Program-made: the position numbers and the translations under genes
Part shown: positions 20,032 through 30,179 of the stretch, one piece after another
Layout of the letters: each line of letters opens with the position of its first letter
Position numbering within the stretch: position 1 is the stretch's first letter
The notes under the pieces: model-generated
Told to the model about the DNA's origin: nothing
Databases searched by the model: none
The model's input: only the letters and a program-made list of their open reading frames with translations
Assembly (NCBI GenBank): GCA_027021705.1
Contig: JALUTT010000117.1
Location: forward strand, 39,099 to 103,098
Reading direction: 5' to 3'
Source: Anaerolineae bacterium
Lineage (GTDB): Bacteria; Chloroflexota; Anaerolineae; S140-20
Length of the DNA: 64,000 nucleotides

Positions 20032-20972
20032 GCGAGGAATCTTCCCTAAAGGTCGCCGTCGTCGGAGCGGGGGCGATGGGCTCCCTCTTCGGCGGTCGGC
20101 TCTCGAAGGTCGCCTCCGTCTGGCTGGTGGATCCGTGGGAGGAACACGTGACCACGATGCAACGGGAGGGGCTGCACTTGGTGACGCCCGAGGGCGACGA
20201 GGAGGTGATCCCCGTCCAGGCGACGACGGACCCAGGCCAGGTTCCCCCGTGCGACCTGGTCATCATCTTCGTCAAGGCCCACCAGACGGCCTGGGCGGCG
20301 GAACAGGCGGCCCGCCTGCTGGCCCCGGACGGGCTGGCGCTGACGCTCCAGAACGGGTTGGGCAACGCCGAGGTGATCGCCCACTTCGTGGGGGAGGCGC
20401 GGACCGTTCAGGGGGTGACGGCCCAGGGGGCGACGTTGCTGGGGCCGGGACGGGTGCGCCACGCCGGCCGGGGGCCGACCCACATCGCCAGCAGGCCGGA
20501 GGTGGCGGATCGGTTGGTCGTCGTCGCCGAGACCTTCAACCGGGCGGGCCTGGAGACCCACCTGGTCCGTGAGGGGCTGGAGAGCATGGTGTGGGGGAAG
20601 CTGGTCATCAACGTGGGCATTAACGCCCTGACCGCCCTGTTGCGGGTGCCCAACGGCGTCATCGCCCAGGTGCCGGAGGTCTGGGCGCTGGCCGAGGAGG
20701 CGGTCAATGAGGCCGTTGCCGTGGCCCAGGCGCTGGGCATCTCCCTGCCCTACGAGGACCCGCCGGCCCGGGTTCGGGCCGTTGCCCAGGCGACGGCGAC
20801 GAACCTCTCTTCGATGCTCCAGGACGTGCGGCGGGGCGCCCCCACCGAGATTGACGCCATCAACGGGGCCGTCGTCCGGGAGGGAAAGCGGCTGGGCGTT
20901 CCCACCCCCTTCAACGCCTGTCTCGTCCGCCTGATCAAAGCCGTCGAGGTTACTGCTTCCGAGGCTCTGTGA
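20028..20972 (+). CDS. panE: 2-dehydropantoate 2-reductase
   Basis: GAGAMG, LQNGLG, WGKLVIN, SSMLQDV..G.PTEIDAING. Confidence 0.94.
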   Translation: MSEESSLKVAVVGAGAMGSLFGGRLSKVASVWLVDPWEEHVTTMQREGLHLVTPEGDEEVIPVQATTDPGQVPPCDLVIIFVKAHQTAWAAEQAARLLAPDGLALTLQNGLGNAEVIAHFVGEARTVQGVTAQGATLLGPGRVRHAGRGPTHIASRPEVADRLVVVAETFNRAGLETHLVREGLESMVWGKLVINVGINALTALLRVPNGVIAQVPEVWALAEEAVNEAVAVAQALGISLPYEDPPARVRAVAQATATNLSSMLQDVRRGAPTEIDAINGAVVREGKRLGVPTPFNACLVRLIKAVEVTASEAL

Positions 20973-21024
20973 TCTCCTCTGTCGAAAAGTTCGAGAGGAC
21001 TGTATTATCCAGCAGGACGATCAC
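20950..21024 (-). pseudogene. Truncated PIN-domain (DUF3368-like) toxin, N-terminal remnant
   Basis: GTG-start MIVLLDNTVLSNFS... resembles the first strand of PIN toxins; stops after 24 aa; lies directly downstream of a UPF0175-like gene. Confidence 0.65.
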
Positions 21025-21039
21025 GGGGTTGCCTCTTGT

Positions 21040-21369
21040 TCACTCTTGTTCGGAAGAGAACCATGCCCGGATCGCTTCGACTTCAGCCCTAGCCTCTGCC
21101 AGATCGGCAGGACCGATGCGCAAGGGAATGCCCAAGGCCAGGAAGCGCTCACGCAACACCATCTCATGCACGCCTAGCAACTCAGCGGCCTTGCCCAGAT
21201 TGATCTGGCGTTCCAGATATGCGCCGACGACTAGGGCCCAACGTAGCTCAGGATCCTCGCTCAAGAGACGATTCAGAGCCGCGCTAACCAGCTCGGGACG
21301 ATGTCGAGCCAATCGGGTGAGCTGTTCAAGCGCCCAGGTTTGAGGATGGGAGAGGGTTTCAACGACCAT
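21040..21369 (-). CDS. UPF0175-family antitoxin-like protein
   Basis: AYLERQINLGKAAELLGV...F..LGIP HTH pattern; lower GC. Confidence 0.8.
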   Translation of the reverse strand: MVVETLSHPQTWALEQLTRLARHRPELVSAALNRLLSEDPELRWALVVGAYLERQINLGKAAELLGVHEMVLRERFLALGIPLRIGPADLAEARAEVEAIRAWFSSEQE

Positions 21370-21461
21370 AGCTTCACCTGATCCACACACAAGGTCCGGG
21401 GTTCTGCGATACCGACTCCCGGAATTGTAGCATAGCCCCCCTATTACAGCAAGGAGGAAAA

Positions 21462-23126
21462 ATGCGTAGTGATTTGGTCAAACGTGGTTTCGAACGAGCT
21501 CCCCATCGGAGCCTCTTCTACGCTACCGGCCTGACGCCCGAGGAGCTGGACCGCCCCCTCATCGGGGTAGCCAACTCCCGCAACGAGATCGTGCCCGGCC
21601 ACACCCACTTGGACCGGGTGACGGAGGCGGTCAAGGCCGGCATTCGGATGGCCGGCGGCACCCCCTTGGAGTTCGGCGTCATCGCCGTGGACGACGGCAT
21701 CGCGATGGGCCATCCGGGAATGCGCTACCCCTTGCCCAGCCGGGAGCTGATCGCCGATTCCGTCGAGGTGATGGCCGCCGCCCACGCCCTGGACGGGCTC
21801 GTCCTCATCCCCAACTGTGACAAGATCGTGCCGGGGATGCTGATGGCCGCCGCCCGGCTCAACCTCCCCGCCCTCATCGTCAGCGGCGGGCCGATGCTGG
21901 CCGGCCGCTATCAGGGGCGAGACGTGGACGTGAGCACCGTCTTCGAGGCGGTGGGCGAGTTCAAGGCAGGCCGCCTGAGCGAGGATGAACTCCGGGAACT
22001 GGAGCTCTCGGCCTGCCCGGGCTGCGGCTCCTGCGCCGGCCTCTTCACCGCCAACTCGATGAACTGCCTCACCGAAGCGCTGGGGATGGCCCTGCCCGGC
22101 AACGGGACCATCCTGGCCGTCACCGCTGCCCGCCTGCGCCTGGCCAAACGGGCCGGCATGCAGATCGTCCACCTGGTCCGGGAGGGCATCCGGCCCCGCG
22201 ACATCCTGACCGAAGCGGCCTTCGAGAACGCCATCGCCGTGGATATGGCCATCGGCGGGTCCACCAACACGGTGCTCCATCTGCCCGCCATCGCCCACGA
22301 AGCGGGCATCCCGCTCCCGCTGGAACGCTTCGACGAGATCAGCCGCCGAACCCCCTACCTGGTCAAGCTCAGCCCGTCCGGCCCCCATCACCTGCAGGAC
22401 CTGGATGAGGCAGGGGGGGTGCCGGCGGTGATGGCCGAACTCCTGCGCCACGGTCGGTTGCACGGCGACGCGCTGACGGTGACGGGCAAGACCTTGGCCG
22501 AGAGCGTTGGAAGCGCCCGCATCCGCCGACCCGACGTCATCCGCCGGGCCGACGATCCCCACCGCCCCGACGGCGGGATCGCCATCCTGCGGGGCAACCT
22601 GGCCCCCGACGGCGCGGTGGTCAAGGCGGCGGCCGTGCTCCCGGAGATGGCCCGTCACCGAGGGCCGGCCCGCGTCTTCGACGACGAAGAGGCCGCTATG
22701 GCCGCCATCCTGAGTGGGCGCATCCAGGCCGGCGACGTCGTCGTCATCCGCTACGAAGGGCCGAGGGGTGGGCCGGGCATGCGGGAGATGCTGATGCCCA
22801 CCTCGGCGCTGGCCGGGATGGGGCTGGACGACAAGGTGGCGCTCCTGACCGACGGGCGCTTCTCCGGGGCCACCCGGGGCGCGGCCATCGGCCACATCTC
22901 GCCGGAGGCGGCGGCCGGCGGCCCCATCGCCCTGGTCCAGGACGGGGACGAGATCGAGATTGACATCCCCAACAAGCGGCTGACCCTCCTGATCTCCGAG
23001 GAAGAGATGGCTCGGCGCCGGGGGGCTTGGCAGCCACCGGCCCCCCGGGTCACCGGCGGCTACCTGGCCCGCTACGCGGCGATGGTCAGTTCCGCCAGCC
23101 AGGGGGCCATCCTCACCATCCCGTAG
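21462..23126 (+). CDS. ilvD: Dihydroxy-acid dehydratase
   Basis: [44 protein letters not shown]. Confidence 0.97.
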   Translation: MRSDLVKRGFERAPHRSLFYATGLTPEELDRPLIGVANSRNEIVPGHTHLDRVTEAVKAGIRMAGGTPLEFGVIAVDDGIAMGHPGMRYPLPSRELIADSVEVMAAAHALDGLVLIPNCDKIVPGMLMAAARLNLPALIVSGGPMLAGRYQGRDVDVSTVFEAVGEFKAGRLSEDELRELELSACPGCGSCAGLFTANSMNCLTEALGMALPGNGTILAVTAARLRLAKRAGMQIVHLVREGIRPRDILTEAAFENAIAVDMAIGGSTNTVLHLPAIAHEAGIPLPLERFDEISRRTPYLVKLSPSGPHHLQDLDEAGGVPAVMAELLRHGRLHGDALTVTGKTLAESVGSARIRRPDVIRRADDPHRPDGGIAILRGNLAPDGAVVKAAAVLPEMARHRGPARVFDDEEAAMAAILSGRIQAGDVVVIRYEGPRGGPGMREMLMPTSALAGMGLDDKVALLTDGRFSGATRGAAIGHISPEAAAGGPIALVQDGDEIEIDIPNKRLTLLISEEEMARRRGAWQPPAPRVTGGYLARYAAMVSSASQGAILTIP

Positions 23127-23155
23127 CGGACGCCAACCGCCGATCGTCGAACGGG

Positions 23156-23187
23156 TAGCGAAGGGCATCCCCCTTCGCTATCTGTTT
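23156..23187 (+). terminator. Probable intrinsic terminator after ilvD
   Basis: TAGCGAAGGG-N5-CCCTTCGCTA followed by TCTGTTT. Confidence 0.6.
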
Positions 23188-23225
23188 ATGGCCCCTCGTT
23201 CGGGCTGAGGAAGGGCGGTCGTAAC

Positions 23226-23334
23226 TGTTCACCCTCCCGCAGGTTAGGCGCGTTTCCGACGCGAAACCGTGCTTCCAATAGCCCATCGGGGCTGAAAGCG
23301 CCCTCGACCGGTGACCTGCGGGAGGGGAGGCTGT
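23226..23334 (+). repeat. Repeat family B, copy 3
   Basis: Near-identical to 5402-5513; followed by a (GACTGTG/GACTACG)n heptamer tract at 23337-23376. Confidence 0.88.
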
Positions 23335-23385
23335 ACAGACTGCGGACCGTGGACTACGGACTGTGGACTACGGACTTTTTGATGC

Positions 23386-23415
23386 TTGACAGGGCGAGTT
23401 AGGGGGGAGTATAAT
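23386..23415 (+). promoter_or_regulatory. Sigma70-type promoter
   Basis: TTGACA-N18-TATAAT upstream of the GDPD gene. Confidence 0.6.
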
Positions 23416-23477
23416 GAGCACACGAACCTCCGGGGGCGGTAGGGCAGCACCGGAGCCATTTACCTGGGGAGGCAGGT

Positions 23478-24263
23478 ATGCCTGGAACACGACCCTTCGA
23501 GATCGTTGCCCACCGGGGCGTGCCTACCGAGGCTCCCGAGAACACCATCCCTTCGTTCGAGCAGGCCATCGAGAGGGGAGCCGATGCTGTCGAGATGGAT
23601 GTCCGGCTGACACGCGATCGGGTGCCGGTCGTCTACCACTACTTCTACCTTGACGAGGTCACCACCGCTTCGGGCCCGATCTTCGACTACACCCTCGCCC
23701 AGCTCCGAGATGTCAAGCTCCTGGGCCACGATGGTCACCCCCTCCGCGATAGCCGCATCCCAACCTTGAGGGAGGTCCTGGAGGCCATCGGCGGTCGGAT
23801 AGGGCTAGAGATTGAGGTCAAAGGGCCAGAACCGGAGTCGGCTGGGGCGATAGGCACCGTTCTCCAGGACTTTCGTCCCTTGTGGGAGACGATGGAGGTC
23901 ACCTCCTACGAGCCGGCGCTCCTCCTCGCCTTACAGCGACACTGCCCCGGCCTGACCATGGACCTGCTGCTTCCCCGGGCGGAGGAGTGGATGGGGCCAG
24001 ACGTGATCACCTACCTGGCCATCCATCGCGGCCGGCTGGCCCGGGCCAGGGCGGTGCACCTGCACTCCCCGCTCCTCTCCAGGGAGGTTGTCTCGGAGAT
24101 CCGAGCGTGGGGAATCGAGGTACATGCCTTCGATGTCAACGATGAACGATCGCTGCGCCGTGCCGTGGAGCTGGAGGTCCCCAGAATCTGCACCGATGCA
24201 CTCCAGCAGGCCCTCGACTTTTGCCGGCGGATGAGGGATGACAAACCCTGTCCGACTCTATAG
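23478..24263 (+). CDS. Glycerophosphodiester phosphodiesterase family protein
   Basis: VAHRG..PENT, VEMDVRLTRD, IPTLREVL, EIEVK. Confidence 0.9.
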   Translation: MPGTRPFEIVAHRGVPTEAPENTIPSFEQAIERGADAVEMDVRLTRDRVPVVYHYFYLDEVTTASGPIFDYTLAQLRDVKLLGHDGHPLRDSRIPTLREVLEAIGGRIGLEIEVKGPEPESAGAIGTVLQDFRPLWETMEVTSYEPALLLALQRHCPGLTMDLLLPRAEEWMGPDVITYLAIHRGRLARARAVHLHSPLLSREVVSEIRAWGIEVHAFDVNDERSLRRAVELEVPRICTDALQQALDFCRRMRDDKPCPTL

Positions 24264-24282
24264 CACTGCCAGGGAGGCCAAG

Positions 24283-25056
24283 ATGACCGAGACCATCGTG
24301 ATGATTCACGGGATGTGGGGGAGGCCGTGGTGCTGGGGGAACTACCGGGCCTTCTTCGAGGCGCAGGGCTTTCGCTGCATCACGCCCACGCTGCGCCTCC
24401 ACGACGTGGACCCGACCGAGCCCCCCGACCCTCGGTTGGGGACGACCAGCTTGTTGGACTACGCCGGCGACCTGGAGGAGGAGATCCGTCGGCTTGACAC
24501 GACGCCCATCCTGATGGGCCATTCGATGGGCGGGCTCCTCACCCAAATCCTGGGAAGCCGGGGATTGGGGAAAGCCCTCGTCCTGCTGACCCCGGCCTCC
24601 CCGCGCGGCGTCATCGCCATCCGCCCCTCGGTAGTCAGGAGCTTCTGGAGCGTCCTCACCAAGTGGGGCTTCTGGCGCAAGCCGATGCGCCTGACCTTCA
24701 ACGAAGCGGTCTACGCGATGCTGCACCTCCTGAGCCCGGAGAAGCAGGAGGAGACTTACCGCAAGTTCGTCTACGAATCGGGGCGGGCGATGGCCGAGAT
24801 CGGTTTCTGGTTCTTCGACCCCCACCGGGCCTCCGAAGTGGACGCCTCCCGGATCACCTGCCCGGTCCTGGTGGTCGCCGGGGCCCAGGACCGGATCACG
24901 CCGGCCTCCGTCGTCCGCCGGGTGGCCGCCAAGTACCAGGCAGTCGCCACCTACCGGGAATTCCCCGATCACGCCCACTGGGTCCTGGAGGAGCCGGGCT
25001 GGGAAGAGGTCGCCGGCTACGTCCTGGACTGGCTGAACCGGGTGCTCGCCCAGTAG
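24283..25056 (+). CDS. Alpha/beta fold hydrolase
   Basis: IHGMW, GHSMGG nucleophile elbow, D (AQDRIT) and H (HAHW) triad candidates. Confidence 0.9.
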   Translation: MTETIVMIHGMWGRPWCWGNYRAFFEAQGFRCITPTLRLHDVDPTEPPDPRLGTTSLLDYAGDLEEEIRRLDTTPILMGHSMGGLLTQILGSRGLGKALVLLTPASPRGVIAIRPSVVRSFWSVLTKWGFWRKPMRLTFNEAVYAMLHLLSPEKQEETYRKFVYESGRAMAEIGFWFFDPHRASEVDASRITCPVLVVAGAQDRITPASVVRRVAAKYQAVATYREFPDHAHWVLEEPGWEEVAGYVLDWLNRVLAQ

Positions 25057-25120
25057 CCGCCGCTCACCAACAGCCTGCGGTCTGGCCGCCGGGTTGTCTG
25101 CCGCTCCAGCTACCTGACCG

Positions 25121-25220
25121 CGTCACCCTCCCGCAGGTCACGCGGCGCCCGGGAATAGCAATGGATCATCGGAGGCTGCCTGCGACATGCTTCAGGCCAT
25201 CGGGGGGCCTGCGAGAGGGT
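25121..25220 (+). repeat. Degenerate family B-related palindrome
   Basis: ACCCTCCCGCAGG...CCTGCGAGAGGGT termini with a different interior; similar elements at 3108-3154 and 56906-56978. Confidence 0.65.
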
Positions 25221-25249
25221 CATTTGCCGCCCAGAACAGGAGGGAATCC

Positions 25250-26614
25250 GTGGAGACGAGCGTGACCTCACCGCCGATGGGGAGGGATTGGGCTGCCGAC
25301 CGCTTCCGGCGTGAACCCAACCCCTTGGCGACGGCAGAGTTTCGGACCTTGGTCAACGCCTGCATCCACTGCGGGCTCTGCCTGCCGGCCTGCCCTACCT
25401 ACGACATCTTCGGCACCGAGATGGACGCCCCTCGGGGGCGGATCGCCCTGATGCGGGCCGCCGCCGAAGGGCGCATCCCGCTCGATTCCCCTTTCATCCG
25501 CCACATCGAGCTTTGCCTGGCCTGCCGGGCCTGCGAGACGGCCTGCCCCTCGGGGGTCCGATACGGCAAGCTGGTGGAGCGGGCCCGCGTTGCCATCGAG
25601 CAGCGCCGGCGTCCCGGCTGGGCCGAACGGCTCCTCCGCCGCCTGGCCCTATGGGAGCTGCTGCCCCATCGGGGCCGGCTTCGCCTGCTGGCCCGCCTGC
25701 TCTGGCTCTACCAGGCCAGCGGCCTGCAACGGCTGGTCCGGGCGTTGGACCTCCTCCCGGAGCGGCTGAAGGTGATGGAAGGGCTCCTCCCCCCGCTCCC
25801 CGCCCGCCATCCGGCCTACGACCGGCCTGCGCCGGCTCTGGGGGAGAGGCGAGGTCGGGTCGCCCTCTTCCTCGGCTGCGTGCAGGACGCCTTCCTCTCG
25901 CCCGTCAACGAGGCGACGGTACGGGTGCTCCAGCGCAACGGGTACGAGGTCCACTTCCCACCGGGGCAGACCTGCTGTGGGGCTGCCCATCTGCACGTGG
26001 GCGAGGAGGCGATGGCCCGGGAGCTGGCCCGGCGGAACGTGGACGCTTTCCTGGCGGGCGAGTACGAGGCCGTCATCAACAACGCCGGAGGCTGTGGGGC
26101 GATGCTCAAGGAGTACGGGGAGTTGCTGGCCGATGATCCCGCCTACGCCGAGAAGGCCCGCCGCTTCTCGGCCCAGGTCCAGGACATCCACGAGTTCCTG
26201 GCCGCTCACCTCCACGAGCCACCCCGGGGCGAGGTGGCCGTCCGGGTGACCTACGTGGACTCCTGCCACCTGCGCCACGCCCAGAAGGTGGTGCAGCAGC
26301 CCCGCGACCTGCTGCGGCAGATCCCCGGCCTGGAGCTGGTGGAGTTGCAGGCTCCCGACCGCTGCTGCGGCAGCGCGGGCGTCTACAACCTGGTTCATCC
26401 CGAGGAGGCTCACCAGGTGCTGGAGGCCAAGGTGGCCGACGTGCGCCGGACGGGGGCCCAGGTGGTGGCGACCTCCAACGCCGGCTGCCAGTTGCAGATG
26501 GGGTACGGCGTACAGCGGTTCGGCCTGCTGGCCCAGGTCGTGCACGTGGTGGAGTTGCTGGACCGGGCCTACCGCAGCCCGAAAGCCGGGTCGCCTTCAA
26601 AGGAACAACCGTAA
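25250..26614 (+). CDS. glcF: Glycolate oxidase iron-sulfur subunit (GlcF-like)
   Basis: CIHCGLCLPACP, CLACRACETACP, two CCG domains. Confidence 0.85.
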   Translation: METSVTSPPMGRDWAADRFRREPNPLATAEFRTLVNACIHCGLCLPACPTYDIFGTEMDAPRGRIALMRAAAEGRIPLDSPFIRHIELCLACRACETACPSGVRYGKLVERARVAIEQRRRPGWAERLLRRLALWELLPHRGRLRLLARLLWLYQASGLQRLVRALDLLPERLKVMEGLLPPLPARHPAYDRPAPALGERRGRVALFLGCVQDAFLSPVNEATVRVLQRNGYEVHFPPGQTCCGAAHLHVGEEAMARELARRNVDAFLAGEYEAVINNAGGCGAMLKEYGELLADDPAYAEKARRFSAQVQDIHEFLAAHLHEPPRGEVAVRVTYVDSCHLRHAQKVVQQPRDLLRQIPGLELVELQAPDRCCGSAGVYNLVHPEEAHQVLEAKVADVRRTGAQVVATSNAGCQLQMGYGVQRFGLLAQVVHVVELLDRAYRSPKAGSPSKEQP

Positions 26615-26829
26615 GCCGGAGAAGTGGCTCCATCCAAGCTGAGCATCGGGCTGCCGTTGGGTTGGAGACTCGCGCTGCGGGGCGGCGAATCGGTGCTGCC
26701 GGCCAAGATCGTGGTCGGCATCCTGGTCCTTGTTGTAGACCTCTATCTGCTCTCCGAAGTCCTGGGTCTCGGCTGGTTCACCCCGGCTCGGCCGGGAGAA
26801 GGGGACAGGTAGGGAAAGGAAACGGTGAG

Positions 26830-27051
26830 ATGAGTTCCCAGGAAACCCTTAAGCAAGAGTTGCTCAGGGAGATTGAGAAACTACCAGAATACCGGTTGCA
26901 AACTGTGCTTTCTTTCGTGCATTTCCTCCTGGCCCAACAGAAGTCTGAGGGCGAACCGGATTCCCACCAGGACCCCATTCTGGAATTCATCGGGGGGGTC
27001 TCTCACGGCACGCTGGCTCAGGATATAGATGAGGAGTTGTATGGGAGATGA
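26830..27051 (+). CDS. Antitoxin (DUF2281-like)
   Basis: LLREIEKLPE...VLSFVHFL; DPILEFIG...DIDEELYG; ATGA overlap with the PIN gene. Confidence 0.75.
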   Translation: MSSQETLKQELLREIEKLPEYRLQTVLSFVHFLLAQQKSEGEPDSHQDPILEFIGGVSHGTLAQDIDEELYGR

Positions 27052-27470
27052 AGCTCTTCATTGACACTTGGGGATGGCTGACCCTGCGCGACAGGGGTGA
27101 GGCACGACACCAGGAGGTTGCGGATTTCTACCATCGCTTCCGTCGCCAGAGGGGGCAGGTGTATACCTCCGATTACGTGTTAGATGAGACGTTTACCCTC
27201 TTGTTCCGCCGCTTGCCCTTCCCCCAAGCTTGGGAGTCCCTGAAGATGATCACCTCCTCTGTTTCAAGAGGATACCTTCATCTTGAATGGATCACACCTG
27301 AGCGCTTTGCCCAAGCACAGGCTTTGCGGCTGCGATTCCAGGACAAACCACGGATCTCCTTCACCGATCTCACCTCGATGGCTGTCATGCAGGACAGAGG
27401 AATCACATTGATTCTGACGGGAGATGCGCACTTCACCCATGTGGGAATGGGTTTTCAAATCGTCCCCTGA
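27048..27470 (+). CDS. vapC: PIN-domain (VapC) toxin
   Basis: LFIDTWGW, TSDYVLDET, SFTDLTS, TGDAHF acidic PIN motifs. Confidence 0.88.
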   Translation: MKLFIDTWGWLTLRDRGEARHQEVADFYHRFRRQRGQVYTSDYVLDETFTLLFRRLPFPQAWESLKMITSSVSRGYLHLEWITPERFAQAQALRLRFQDKPRISFTDLTSMAVMQDRGITLILTGDAHFTHVGMGFQIVP

Positions 27471-27487
27471 AGCACGCCGGAGGGAGG

Positions 27488-28477
27488 ATGCCTGCGATCC
27501 GCGCGGAGGGACTTCGCAAGACCTTTGTCACCCGGCGCAAGGCGGCCGGCCTGCGCGGCAGCCTCCGCGCCCTCTTCCACCCCGACCGGCAGACGGTCGA
27601 GGCGGTGCGGGGCATCTCCTTCGAGATGGAGGAGGGGGAGCTCCTGGGCTTCATCGGCCCCAACGGCGCCGGCAAGTCCACAACCATCAAGATGCTCACC
27701 GGCATCCTCTACCCCACCGCCGGTCAGGCCACCGTGCTCGGCTTCGTCCCTTGGGAGCAGCGCCAACAGCTCGCCTACCGGATCGGCACCGTCTTCGGCC
27801 AGCGGCCCCAGCTCTGGTACCACCTGCCTGCCATTGACACCTTTTACCTCTTCGGCAAGATCTACGAGCTGGACGACCGGACCATCCGCCGGCGCATCGC
27901 CTTTCTGGCCGAGGCCTTCGAGATCGAGCACCTGCTGGAGACGCCGGTGCGCAAGCTCTCCCTGGGCCAGCGCATGCGCTGCGAGATCGCCGCGTCCCTC
28001 CTCCACCACCCGCGTCTGCTCCTGCTCGACGAGCCCTCCATCGGCCTGGACGTGGTAGCCAAGCAGCGCATCCGCGACACCATCCGCCGGATGAACGAAC
28101 TGGAAGGCGTCGGTGTCCTGCTCACCTCCCACGACGCCAGCGACATCGAGGCCCTCTGCCGTCGGGTCATCATCATCAACCACGGCCAGATCGTCTACCA
28201 GGACAAAGTCTCGGCGCTCAAGCGGCGCTACCTGACCTCCAAGCTGGTCGAGGTGCGCTACGCCCACCAGGTGCCCCGCGACTTCCAGATCGAAGGCACC
28301 CAGGTCCTCAAGATCGGGCGCTACGGCGTCAAGCTCCGCTTCGACACCCGCCAGACGCCGGTGGAGGCCGTCATCGCTCGGCTGGCCGAGGCCGGCAACC
28401 TGGTGGACGTCACCATCTCCGACCCCTCGCTGGAGGAGGTCATCCGCACCATCTACCAGGAGCAGGCCGAGCCGTAG
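27488..28477 (+). CDS. ABC transporter ATP-binding protein
   Basis: GPNGAGKST, LSLGQRMR, LLLDEP. Confidence 0.94.
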   Translation: MPAIRAEGLRKTFVTRRKAAGLRGSLRALFHPDRQTVEAVRGISFEMEEGELLGFIGPNGAGKSTTIKMLTGILYPTAGQATVLGFVPWEQRQQLAYRIGTVFGQRPQLWYHLPAIDTFYLFGKIYELDDRTIRRRIAFLAEAFEIEHLLETPVRKLSLGQRMRCEIAASLLHHPRLLLLDEPSIGLDVVAKQRIRDTIRRMNELEGVGVLLTSHDASDIEALCRRVIIINHGQIVYQDKVSALKRRYLTSKLVEVRYAHQVPRDFQIEGTQVLKIGRYGVKLRFDTRQTPVEAVIARLAEAGNLVDVTISDPSLEEVIRTIYQEQAEP

Positions 28478-28502
28478 CGCAGACCTCGCCCCGGGGAGAC
28501 CG

Positions 28503-29300
28503 ATGTCACGTCGAGGGCTCAAGTACTGGGCCATCTTCAAGACCCAACTGATCAACGGCTTCGCCTATCCCGGCGATCTCCTCGCCCGCAGCCTTTCCAT
28601 CATCATCTTCCTGTGGGTCTTCCTCTTCCTCTGGCGGACGACCTACCGGGCGGTGGGGCAGGAGCGGATCGCCGGCCTCTCGCTGCGGGACACCCTCTGG
28701 TACCTGATGCTGGCCGAGACCATCGTCCTCAGCAAGCCGCGCCTCTCCAGCACCATCGCCGAGGCGGTGCGGGACGGCTCCATCGCCTACCTGCTCAACA
28801 AGCCCTACAACTTCCTGCTCTACCAGCTCAGCGTCGGGCTGGGGGACAGCATCCTGCGCCTGGCCTTCAACGCCCTGGCCGGCGGCCTCTTGGTCGGGCT
28901 GACCGTCGGCCCGCCGCCACCCCTCTGGGGTTGGCCCCTCACCCTGGTGACCGTCATCGCCGCTTGGCTGATAGACTTCTGCATCGCCGCCACCATCGGC
29001 CTGACCGCCTTCGTCACCGAGGACGTGGCCGCCTTCGAGTGGATCTACCAGAAGGTGACCTTCATCCTGGGCGGCCTGCTGATCCCCCTGGACTTCTTCC
29101 CCGCCTGGCTGCAGGCCGTCGCCCAGGCCCTGCCCTTCGCCTACACCGTCTACGGCCCCGCCCGCCTCTTCGTCGAGCCGGATGGAGGCCGCTTTGTGAC
29201 CCTCCTGCTGACCCAGGGGGCCTGGCTGGCCGCCCTGGGCATGCTGCTGGCGCTCCTCTACCGCAAGGGCGTCACCTGGCTGACCATCAACGGGGGATGA
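28503..29300 (+). CDS. ABC-2 family permease (DUF990-like)
   Basis: VRDGSIAYLLNKP, GGLLIPLDFFP; terminal INGG. Confidence 0.85.
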   Translation: MSRRGLKYWAIFKTQLINGFAYPGDLLARSLSIIIFLWVFLFLWRTTYRAVGQERIAGLSLRDTLWYLMLAETIVLSKPRLSSTIAEAVRDGSIAYLLNKPYNFLLYQLSVGLGDSILRLAFNALAGGLLVGLTVGPPPPLWGWPLTLVTVIAAWLIDFCIAATIGLTAFVTEDVAAFEWIYQKVTFILGGLLIPLDFFPAWLQAVAQALPFAYTVYGPARLFVEPDGGRFVTLLLTQGAWLAALGMLLALLYRKGVTWLTINGG

Positions 29301-30088
29301 CGATGCGACGGGAGTTGACGTTCCTGCTGGCCCTCTGGAAGGCCAACCTCCTCTCGGCTATGGAATACCGGGCCGCCTTCATCTCCCAGGTGATCGGGAT
29401 GATGCTGAACAACGCCGTCTACTTCGCCTTCTGGGTCATCTTCTTCGACCGCTTCCAGGAGGTGCGGGGCTGGGGGCTTGACGAGATGCTCCTCCTCTTC
29501 GCCGTCGTCGCCGTTAGCTTCGGCCTGGGCGTCTATCTCTTCGGCAACGTGATGCGGATCGCCGAGGCCATCGCCAACGGCCGGCTGGACTACTACCTCT
29601 CCCTGCCCCGCCCGGTCCTGCTCCACCTGCTGGCCAGCCGCAGCATCGCCAGCGGCTTCGGCGACTTTCTCTACGGCCTCATCTGCTTCGCCGTGGCCGG
29701 TCGGTGGACCCCCGACGCCGTCGCCCGCTTCGTCGTGGGCTCGCTTCTCTCGATGATCGTCTTCCTGTCCTTCCTGATCCTGGTGCAGAGCTTGGCCTTC
29801 TGGATGGGGAGCGCGACGCTGGTGAGCGCCCAGGCCGCCAACGCCCTCCTCACCTTCTCCCTCTACCCCATCACCCTCTTCGACGGGACGGCCAAGTTCC
29901 TGCTCTTCACCATCCTGCCGGCCGCCTTCATCGGGGCGGTGCCGGCCGAGTTCGTGCGGACCTTCTCCTGGTCCACGCTGGCCCACCTGCTGCTGGCGGC
30001 GTCCTTGCTCCTCACCCTGGCCGTGGCCCTCTTCCAGCGAGGGCTGCGCCGCTACGAGAGCGGCAGCGCCATCCAGGTCCAGGTGTGA
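29297..30088 (+). CDS. ABC-2 family permease (DUF990-like)
   Basis: MEYRAAF, GRLDYYLSLP, YPITLF, GLRRYESG. Confidence 0.85.
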   Translation: MTMRRELTFLLALWKANLLSAMEYRAAFISQVIGMMLNNAVYFAFWVIFFDRFQEVRGWGLDEMLLLFAVVAVSFGLGVYLFGNVMRIAEAIANGRLDYYLSLPRPVLLHLLASRSIASGFGDFLYGLICFAVAGRWTPDAVARFVVGSLLSMIVFLSFLILVQSLAFWMGSATLVSAQAANALLTFSLYPITLFDGTAKFLLFTILPAAFIGAVPAEFVRTFSWSTLAHLLLAASLLLTLAVALFQRGLRRYESGSAIQVQV

Positions 30089-30179
30089 CTCTACCCTACC
30101 CGCCTGCCCCTCGGGGGCACGGCAGAGGCGGAGGTCCCACCGAACCCCTGCGGAGGAACACGCGCACGAAGGAGGTACG

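Noticed and set aside
26624..26812. 62-aa hydrophobic ORF after glcF
   Set aside because: It looks like a membrane-protein fragment, but I cannot assign a family or a credible start.
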